Source of the DNA: Hyphochytrium catenoides
Taxonomy: Eukaryota; Protista; Hyphochytriomycota
Assembly: GCA_900088475.1 (NCBI GenBank)
Contig: FLMG01001010.1
Span: forward strand, 186,001 to 250,000
DNA length: 64,000 nucleotides
Direction of reading: 5' to 3'
The notes beneath the pieces are model-generated. The model was not told the DNA's origin. It searched no databases and was given only the letters and a program-made list of their open reading frames with translations. Made by a program: the position numbers and the translations under genes. Below, piece by piece: positions 25,401-35,700 of the stretch (the first letter of the stretch is position 1; each line of letters opens with the position of its first letter).

Positions 25401-26875
25401 AAGGCCACACGCAAGCTGCAGAAGGTAGGTATTGCTAATAGAGACTCAAGCATGCTTCCCTTCGGCGCGAATCGTCACGACAATCCTGCTCAATAACACT
25501 ACTCTCTATGCAATCGTGCTGTTTTCTCACCACTTCTTGCTTCCAACAGATGGCTTGCTACTCCATTTCGATGCGAAGCCGGCTAGTGGAAGAGGAGCCT
25601 ACAACAAGAACTCCAGTTCCTCTGCTGACTCCCGCGGAGGTGACCGTCGCCCGTCCCTTCAAACGTTGCACTCGCCCTTAGGAGCTACAGGCCATACAAG
25701 TGAAGATAAGTGGCGAGAGACACCTATGTCTGCCGCTGTAATTGCTAGAAATGCAAGAGGACAAGGAGGAATGCTCCTACCGCCTCCCCCTCCTCCACCC
25801 ACTCGAGGTCCAAGTGCTCGAAAATTGCCGCGTAGTGCTGCAAGAGATAACCACGACCTGCCTTCGGCGCATCGAGGAAAATCAGCCCTTCAGCCCCAGC
25901 ACCCTGTAGACCTCTTAAGCTTTCGGCCGGTAAGACTGTCGCAGTCTTGGCTATTTTGTGACTCCTGACTGCACTAGCCTCTTGTTACTTCTCTATGGAA
26001 ACTTCGTGGGTACATATTGCCAGTCTCTCCACCCTCCTTCTTTATGTCCGCAACCGCTCCTCTCTGCCTGCCATATGGCTGGTGAAAGCAAGCGACATAA
26101 GACCTATGGCCTTCTCAAATGTTGACTCTCAATGGCTCTCTAGGATGGAACATCCGCGACACAAGCCCAGGCAGTCAGCAGAACGACAGCAGAGTTAGAG
26201 CAAGCGCTTTATGACTCAAATTCCAGTCGCGCGGCGTCTGATAGCCCTTATCCGCTCTCTCGATGGTCCTCCACAGGAGGAAATATGGGAAGCTTCAAGT
26301 CCTCAGATGCCTTACCTGAAGCTGCAAACCCATTTAGCAGTCCTAGGGCATCGGCAACATCTCAGGAGATACCTTCTGCTAGGATAGCTGCAGAGGAGAT
26401 ACCTTCTGCTAGGATAGCTGCCGATAGGCGGCAGCCGGCAGCCTCAGTACCCCGATTTGCCTCCTCTGCAGGCCCAGCACCGAGTAGTAGAGATTCCAGT
26501 TTTCTAATGGACGACGCTATGTATTCCACGACGGCAACAGTCGGTAGCCACAGAGAGTCTCTAAGTAGCTCTGTGTCGTCAACCGGTGCGACTTTGGGCA
26601 GTGGGTCAACTACTAGAAGCTTCAGTGACTATTATCAAAGGGCTACAGGATCAGCTGCCAGCGTTGCGTCATCAACAGGAGCGACGAATGGCAGCGTCTC
26701 ATCCGAACACTGGTCGACTACTTCTACTCAGGGCAGTCGTCAATCAGACGCTATGAGTGTCTCTTCGACCGGAGCTACTGTCAACAGCCGACAATCGTCT
26801 TCTAGCGCTTATTCTACCAGAGCGACGATGGGGACTGACATGTCACTAGACTACATAGGTAACCCTTTCGCCTGA
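22483..26875 (+). CDS. TOM1-like (TOL) VHS-GAT protein with long NPF-containing tail
   Basis: VHS-like segments QLVDAATAEFLATEDWATILQIVD, QTLWALVLAEAIVKNG, REVANKRFM, ALDLVQSWGEAF and YHKLCSKGIKFP. GAT-like helices (EEAADLADTLEEIL; LSKVLSIHERLSEGL). Tail ends GNPFA. Confidence 0.85.
26364..26421 (+). repeat. 30-bp in-frame tandem duplication (EIPSARIAA x2)
   Basis: AGGAGATACCTTCTGCTAGGATAGCTGC occurs at 26364 and again at 26394. Confidence 0.95.
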
Positions 26876-27562
26876 GCCCCTTCTCAACGAGCTCTGCGAC
26901 AAGCTTCACCTCTTGATAGCGTAGACAACCATTCTATTTATGACGCATCCAGAGATTATAAGAATGTTCGTTCTAGCATTGTCAAGTCCCGCCCACACTA
27001 GCTTACCAAGCTCTATCGGTCTATCGGCCACTGATCGGTGCTTCCATTCTTTCTGAGACTGCTATCGACTTTAGTCCACGCTAGAGCACCGCGCCTGAGC
27101 TGGACAAATAGCCACTGACAGGGCTTGAAGTCTGCAAGCTGAGCTTCATGATGGTCAACAACTTCTCGCGAACCTCCAACCACAAACTCATAAAAGTGTG
27201 CGGCGAAACCTTCGAAAGGATAAAATGCAAGAAAGCTTCGTAAGACAGATAATAATGCTAATAGATGGAAACATTTCTGATACTTTGCGGGAAAGGTTTC
27301 GCCTTCGTTGCTTGTGTCTTTGGGGCAATGATCTTCATCACTTCATGCAGACGGAGATCGGAGGCCTTGGATGTCGAGCGCCGATGTCAAGGTCGAAAGC
27401 TATCTGTCGATCACTGCCAGCGGCGACCGGATATCGTGGAGATTGCACGGCAGGGTTCTGTGTAGCGCTTGCATACAGCCGGCTTAAGATCCTGAGCCGA
27501 TTGCAAACGACGTGGAGTTTGGGAAGGTGTAGCGGCAGCCAACTGGAAGTGAGTTTTGAAGC

Positions 27563-30500
27563 ATGGATGGACCGTACAAGAGGTCGATTTCAATCGAGAG
27601 GTACGTCTCCGTGCGACATATCTGGCTGAAGAACGGGCGAAAATGGAGTGACACCTCTTTGTTCTCCTATGATCTTACGGCTAGTAATGGCAGGTCGGAG
27701 GAACTTTCTAATGGAGACCACAAGCGGCACAAGACTGAAGCTGACCTGTGAGTAACTCCGCGCATCTATTGCCGTGTCGGCCTGCTTACTAACTTTATGC
27801 CACCATAGATCCTTGAAGCCAAGTACGGAGGAGGCAGCAGAAGAGGCTGCGAGGATAGCGCGTATTGCTGCAAGAGCGGAGATGAAGGCCGCTGCTCGCG
27901 CTGGAAAGAAGATCGAGGGTCCAGTAGATCTAGAGGAAGTTGCAAAGTCGAGGAACAAGGCCAATGACACACAGGAGAAAGTGACTTTTCTCTCGAAGAA
28001 AGAGAGAGAAGCCCTAGCCTTGGAGAGATTAGCGGCGAGAAAGGCTGCTATGGAGAAGCAGAGGAAAGAGGAAGAAGAGAAAAGGAAAGTCCATGTGGAT
28101 GCCGGTCAGCAACGGAGCAACGATGGTAACGATAGCCGCGATGCACGCGACCATCGAGGGCGAGATAACCGTGACTCTAGGGATTACAAGGACAGCCGGA
28201 GTCGAGGCAGAGACAGAGACCGTGATAAGGACAGGGGAAATAAGGTGTGCCGTTGTTGCTGATCTCTTCTATCGAATCGAATTATGGATGGATTGGATGA
28301 GACGAGGGAGCGGTAATGCTTGAGAAGGAGACTGAAAAGGGAGAACCTAGGGATATCAGGCTACGATTGGGTTATCAATGACGTCGGTGTTACTACTAAT
28401 GGATCTGGGAGTGTACCCGTTTAGCAGGGATGCCGCTAAGAGTGCCATGTCAGGGGACTGGGCAGACCTATCTGAACCTTTGTCTCACCGTACTCTTCAG
28501 GGCCGTCAGGATGACAACGATCGAAACTCTTTGATGACAGACCGAGAAAAGGAGCTGCAAGTGATCAAGGATCAGTATCTGGGCAAGAAGGTGTCGAAGA
28601 AGAAGGTTGTCAAAGCGAGTGAAAAGTTTGCCAAGATCTTCCAGTTTGACTGGGATGCAGAAGAAGATACCTCCAAGGATTTTGATCCTATCTATAAGAA
28701 GAGGCTGGAGACAAATTTGCTCTTTGGAAGGGGTTACAGGGCGGGCATCGATCCCAGAGAACAAAGAAAAAAGAACACATTTTTGGAAGCACTCACCCAG
28801 AAGCGCCAGGTTCGTGTCACTTTACTTCCCCTAAGCTCGTCGTATATAATGGCCTCTGATTGCTTAGAAGATCGAGGCGGCGTGACTAAGACCTCCGCTC
28901 TCGCTGTCTTTAGGAAGAGTACCGGAAGCTTGACGCCACGAACGAAAGCCTTACTTACGAAGAGAAGAGAAGGAGAGAGCAAGAACGGCAGAGACAGTTG
29001 GAGGTGGTGCGCTTACAAGAAGACTTGATCCGGGATGCCATGGCAGCAAAGGTAGCACAGTCAAAGATTCGCTTCTTTCAAGCTTCAGTTGGGTTCCTCT
29101 TTGCTCGTTTACGGATCCCTGGCACACTCTACCAACCCTGCAGGTGGTCGCCTTAAGGCCTTGTTCTTTCCCATTTACATGCGGTCAGCCACCCATCTCC
29201 TGGTTTGGCTTACTGAAATGGCATGACTGCTTCTGTTCACATCTTCGCGGTGCCTTTGGCAATTATTCTATTTTACGTCCAAGAGTTGTGACTGATGCCA
29301 CTCACTTTTTCAGGAGAAGCGCACAGTTGGCAAGCACTGGTCTGAGAAGTCTCTGGAAGAAATGACTCAAAGAGATTGGAGGATTTTGAGGGAAGACTTT
29401 GACATACAGGTGCGCTGAGCTTCTTGGAAGGATTTGCATAGCAAATATCGCTGTTTGACTGACAAATAACCCTCTATTCACAGGTTAGAGGTGGCCGTGC
29501 ACCTAATCCCCTACGCAACTGGAAGGAAGGGAACATACCTGAGAGCATCCTTAAAGCTATCAGGGAGATGGGCTATGAGAAGCCGTCTCCCATTCAGATG
29601 CAGTGCATCCCAATTGGCTCCCAACACAGGTGTCGTGTCTTCTGGCTGACCTGTCTCGTTAATCAGAATCTCTGTCTTTTCCTTCCACGCCTACTTATCA
29701 TAGCTCTTCACCGCTTTCTGTCGTATCTGCCGTTGCATCAATCAGATGAAGCTGCTTTTTACATTGGCCGCCGTTCCTGGCGCCCTCCTTCTTCTCTTTC
29801 TTTGACGTTTTAATATCTCCTGGACCGAAGAACTTGATTGTGTACATCCCACTAAATCTCCTCTCTCCTCATCCGCTCTGCACTCCCTATTGTAGGGATA
29901 TTATCGGTATAGCCGAGACAGGCTCGGGCAAGACTGCAGCTTTCACAATTCCTATGCTTATTTACATCATGTCACGGCCCAGTTATCAGATAGACCGAAC
30001 TAACGAAGAAGGCCCGCTCGCTCTGGTCATGGCGCCGACGAGAGAGTTGGCACTGCAGATCGAGGCAGAGATTATTAAGCTGTGCAAGTTTACTGAAGCC
30101 GGTACCAAGGGAGAGAGAATAAAGACAGCGGCCGTAGTTGGAGGGCAAAACATTGAGGAACAAGGCTTCAAGCTAAGGAAAGGAGTGGAAATTGTGATTG
30201 GAACTCCGGGTCGTCTCTTGGATACAATTGGTGGGTCTTCCTCAGATCATCTCTCGAAGCTTGTGGCCCTCTTCTCCTTCACCTATCCTAAGTTCTGGCT
30301 CCAAACTTGGGGTTCATCTTCTCTTCGCCACTAAGCTTGCGAAATCTCAGGCATGGGAGGCGCATTCTCTGCTCTACAATGCGTGCTTTAACAGATGTTC
30401 TACCTATTATGTCTCTCTCGTCTAACGACTGGTTGTTTCACTGCCAGATATGCGCTACTTGGTTCTCAATCAAGCAAGCTATGTGGTGCTGGATGAGGCT

Positions 30501-31818
30501 GATCGGATGATTGACATGGGTTTTGAGGCCCAAGTGGAAGCAGTACTGGAGAATATGGGTGGCCTGCTAAAGTCTGAGAACGAGGAAGAAGCTGAGCAGC
30601 AGATTGAGCTAGCCAATGAGGTTAGACATGCGTCTCCTTGTTTTCTTTAACTGCATCATAGTCCTGGGCAATGAAGCTCTCTTAGAGTATCCTCCAGTTT
30701 CTACTTGCGTGAGACTGTATTGTCACATCTTTGAGCTTGCTTTTTCTGCCTGCATAGCTCTATATTTCTATCCGTGCGTGCAGCTTTATTTAAAGCTGTG
30801 GACCGTGCTCTTTATCGTTCCAGTCTTGGAAGGACACCTGTCATATAAGAAGCTCAATGACGTTACCTTTTTGTCACTGCAGCTTATACTGGCATGGGCC
30901 ACTCAATCTATGTGTAGCCTTCATTGCCCTCCGTCCTTGTTGTGCTGCTAACTCTGTACTAACGTCTGTTCTCATCTATCTGCTGAACTGTGCAGGGACA
31001 AGCCAACTTTAGAGTGACAGCAATGTTTTCTGCTACGATGCCCCCTCAAGTGGAACGCCTGGCAAAGACATTCCTCCGCCATCCTGCCATTGTGCGCATT
31101 GGAGACGAAGAAAGCGGAAAGAACAAGCGCATTCGACAAGTACTTCAATGGACCACAGATGGCAAGAAGATGCAAGAGCTTCTTAACCTCCTTCGGCAGA
31201 GCAGAGACAGAGATGACAAGGTCATTGTCTTTGTCAATATCAGGAAGAACTGCGATTACGTTGCGAAGCAAATCTCTAGTCAAGGATACCACCCCACAGT
31301 CCTCCATGGCGGTCGATCTCAAGAACAAAGAGAAGAAGGACTGGAAGGCTTTAGAGAGGGGAGGTGAGTATCCAAGTGCTCTACCTAGTATACATTTCGT
31401 TTTTGAGTCTTTCCACGCTACCTGTACTTTTTTCTTGGCGGCGTTTTTGGCTCTGCAATTGCTATGATAAGCTCACTCTCCTTGAAGCCTAGGTAGATCT
31501 AACCATGTTTCTTTGTCTCTCCGAAGGTACGATGTTCTCATTGCCACGGATGTGGCAGGCAGAGGTCTCGATATTCCAGACGTTACCCACGTTATCAACT
31601 ATGATCTACCTGCGAAGATTGAGCCATACACTCATCGTATTGGAAGAACTGGGAGAGCAGGGAAGGAGGGCTTGGCAACCTCGCTCATTACGGATGGAGA
31701 CGAGGAGATTATGTATGATCTCAAGCAGTATCTACTGGCGACAGGCTCGCCTGTACCATCCCAGCTAGCCAACCATTCTGGAGCAAAGGCTCCGAAGGGT
31801 CCCTCTAGACTCAGCTGA
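27563..31818 (+). CDS. PRP28: DEAD-box RNA helicase PRP28/DDX23 (U5 snRNP)
   Basis: [99 protein letters not shown] and [12 protein letters not shown]. Confidence 0.96.
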
Positions 31819-31929
31819 TCTGAGAGCTAGCATCGGAGAGTGTGGAGAATGGAGAAAAACAATGGGGTTACAATGAGGTCTCTCTGAGGTCCCTAGCTGC
31901 AGCAAGAACTCCTAGCTAATGCGCTGCCT

Positions 31930-32534
31930 TTATTTATTGCATTTGCGTTATCTCCCGTCATGTTCCAACCCGTTGTGTCCGAAACCTTTCAAAGGTAGTT
32001 GCTTGCCTCCCAAGCAGCAACCACTTCTCCACCAGATGAAGAGTACGCAGGATACATCCTTAGACATAGCCAAGCCAAGACAGGGGCAGGCCCCACGTGG
32101 CATGGCACTGCTGCCTTGGAGCTGAGGAGAATAAAGTTAGACAGGATGGAGCTCAGTACTTTGGAGAGATAGAGACAGAGCGAACAATAGGGCTGGCAGG
32201 TGTAGGAATGAAGACACACCAAGGGCACCAATTCGTGTCTCTATCGCAAGATCCCTCATCAGCCTGACCGAAACCTATCCTCACCTCGACACCGAGAATA
32301 ACCATTCAAGAGACGATAATTGGTAAACACCGCGCTATCATAAGGATAATAATATTCGCCTTCATGGCTTGCTAATAAAAACCCTAACCCGAGAATAGAA
32401 ATGTTGGTGCCCGAAGCTAGCGCCACCGAACCATAGCTCTGTAGCTCTGTATCTGAAACCTCAGTGATGACAGGCACGCGATCTGAGTCTATGAAGATGC
32501 CTGCAGGCTCCTCCCCCTCCGCCAGCAGCAGCAA
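31930..32534 (-). pseudogene. Probable remnant of an IPT/TIG-domain gene (frameshift and in-frame stop)
   Basis: PVITEVS..ASGTNISILGLGF resembles the start of a TIG domain. A shifted frame continues ILGVEVRIGFGQADEGSC. An intron-like segment (GTGCCC..TCTAAC..TCCTCAG, about 32228-32123) follows, and then an in-frame TGA at 31989. Confidence 0.35.
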
Positions 32535-32762
32535 CCATCACCTCCTCCTTGCCTGGTCTTTCTAACTTAGAATAGCGTACCGAAGCCATAGCCGAGGCAA
32601 GAAGCAATCAGACTATGGCAGCGTGAGAGCCAACTAGGCTTAGCTGCCGGGAGTCTATCAAAGGCGGCCTTCTTTCCGCGAACTGGATGCGGCCCGAGAT
32701 AAGCGGTTGAACATCGGCGAGGAAGAGGAAGTCTTGATAATAAGAGACTAAGAAGAGGAGGC

Positions 32763-35700
32763 ATGAGCTGGCTCTTCGGAAGCACGGCTCTGCAGGATGG
32801 GGAGCTGGTGGACGAGCCGGAAGCGGAGTTTGCCCTTCCGGAAATGGTACTACTCCTTCCTGACACTGGCCCAGCTCGCCGTTTCCTGCTATGCTCCCTC
32901 CAAGCCGAACCATCTTCTTCTTCTACCTCTTCTCCTTACCATTTCACTCCTATCGATTAATGCCTTGGCATCGGCGGTCTGAGCGTCTCTTATCCTTTCA
33001 CATAGATTTTGATTTCTACCTAGCTGACCAGCTCAACTTCTCCGTTGGGCTAACCTTACAGGCCGAGAACCCAGCAGCTGACCCAGAAGCTCTGGCATTG
33101 GTAATGGAGAAGCACATGGCTCTGATGCAACAACATGAGGAACTACGGCTTGAGAGGGACAAGCTCCAGGGCGAGGTACGCCGAAAGAAGGAAGGAGAGC
33201 AACTACTCGATGACTGTGAGCCCAGATCAGAATGGGCGAGCAACCCAAAGCAGAGAGCAGCAAGAAGGGCCGAGAGAGAGACAAAAAACAACAACGAATA
33301 CACGTACACAGAGAGAGAGAGAGTGAGAGAGGGAAAAAGGAGAAAGAGAGAAATTGAAGAAAAGGCAATAAAAGGAAAGGGAGGCAAGAAAGGAGGAAAC
33401 ATAGTAAGTAAGCGCACGGAAGGGTAGAATATAATACCCCCGATCTTGGAAGAATCTCTAGAAGTCAGCGGTGCGGCAAAGAGCGTTCACAAAGGAAGGG
33501 AGAGACTGAATCCTTTGACGCAGGTGTCGACTCTTCGCTTCTCTCTCAAGAGTGAGGCCGACCTGTTTCAGTCTCAAGTAAAGCAGCTGCAGGAGGAAAA
33601 CACACGGTTAGTTATTGAGCTTGGAGAGGTCAAGAGGTTGCAGCAAGGCGATCATCTCATAGAAGAGCTGAAGGACATAACAGCACACAGGTAACTTCCT
33701 AAGGCTCCTTGTGAACCGTGCTCTCCCACCCCGCCCGGTCGCTGCTCTTTGTGGAGGCGTATCAGAAACCTACACATCACATTCGACTTTGGTCCTGATA
33801 CTCTCTTTTGAGACTTCCTGTCTCCAGCTCTTGGGCTAGTGCGTCTTGGACGCCTGTCCAACAGCTAACCAGCAGTCTTGCACCTTGTTGGCGTACGTAT
33901 TCTATCTCTCTGTTCTGGGGTATCCATTCTTGGCAGTGTCATAACGATATCTAAACAAGCAAATTGCCAGGGATGCCCTGCAGCAGGCAAAGAATGAGGC
34001 AGAAAGTGATCTAGAAGTTGTTACTTTCACACTCCGTTTGCGGGACGATGAGCTTAAGGATTGCTCTCAGCTTCTCCTACAGCATCAAGAGGCGTTAAGA
34101 AGATTGCTGGCCGACTTTGAAAGCCAGAACAGGTGACCAAATGCAAAAAGGAGGGTGGTTAGGAAAGTCACCCATCAGAGCAATATAGAGGCATGAGGTC
34201 TCTGACGAAGGAGATGTAGCAAGGAAGAGTAGGATAGAGAGAGAGGAAAGAAGAGAGGAAGCAGGGAGAGTGCGGGCGAGATGGAGAGACTGAGGCGATC
34301 TGCATGCGACGAAAATGGCGAGTGAGTGTTATAGCATTGATGTTGCCACAGTCATTGGATAAGCTTTGCTTTCCTTGACACACTTCTCATCGAATGCCTG
34401 CATTCTTTAGATAGCTTATCCTTCCTTTACCTCGTTCCTGGCAGGAAAGAGCAAGATAAAGTAGAGGAGACAAGGACCATGGTCTCTAGCGTCGAAGTGA
34501 TCGAGCAATTCTCCAGTCAAATACAAGCTCTGGAAAGGGAGCTGCAGAGCTATGAAGAAGAAGTCCTTAGGTTAGAGCCTATGGTCCTCACCCCTTATAC
34601 ACCGCAGAATTATTCTTTCAGATGAGGAATCTATCTCTCAACTGGCTTCGACTCTTCTTTCTCACCATATTCAGTCTTTCAAGGCTTTCGGTGATTGTTA
34701 AGTCTGTTCGCACGTTCATCTCTCAGGTTGCATCGCCAGCACAAGGAACATCTAGCGTCCACCTCCCGCTCCTCAACAAAAGACGTGACCGTTTTACAGT
34801 CTAAGCTGACCAGAACAGCCCTCAAGGCTGCAGAAGCGGAGATTGAACGGCTAACCAGGTAACTAGGAGTGCATACTAATGGCTCTCCTGCTGGCTGTCT
34901 TTCTGCCTTCCGCACACCTTAACTTTTTGAACTTCTTCCTTCCCTTTTGACCCTTTTGGGCTATGAATTGTTACCTGGAGGTGTTGTCTCTTCCTTGGCT
35001 ACCTAAGAGCTCTGGGTACTCGGGATCTATCAGCTGCTAACGAAGTGTTCCTCTCCTCCTTCGTTCCTTTTGGGGGCAGGGAAGTAGAGAGGCTTCAACG
35101 GACTGCGGATAATTCTGCCCCGTCTTCAATAAATGGACTATCGTCTGAGAATGGGCTTAGCGTAAGCAATAGCGAACAAAAGAAGCAGATGGACTTTCAG
35201 AAAGCACTTCGAGAAGCAGAATCCGCCTTACAGGAATCCAAAGCAGCATCTTTGCAGGCGCAAGAGTAAGAACGGAAAAAGGACTAGAGAAAGAGAGCAG
35301 AGGGAATAAAAGGCAGCAAGCGGAGAAAATAAGTAGCTAAATGGCGTAGCAAAGGGGAAAGAGAAATCAAAAGATAAGGCATGTGAGTGAGCTTAGAGAG
35401 AGTCCAGGGATGAGAAGATAATGAAACGGCTTGGGTATCAGCAGAAGGCAGATAACTCACGATAATTCTCTAGGCATTATGATGAAGAACGGATGAAGTT
35501 GGAGGGCAAGATCCTTGAAGAGGAAAGCCAAAGAAGAGATCTAGAACGTAACCTGACCCAATGGAAGGAATATTACGAGTCTACCATCAAGCAAAGGGAT
35601 GAGAAAGAGACGCACCTTTCCTCTCTAATAGACAAGGCCAACGCCGAAACCAGAGAACTTTTATTTGCCAAAGAGAGGGAAAGTGAGGAGAAAGAAAGAG

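Noticed and set aside
27198-27629. 143-aa ORF upstream of PRP28
   Set aside because: It is out of frame with the PRP28 first exon (MDGPYKR at 27563) and has no recognisable motifs.
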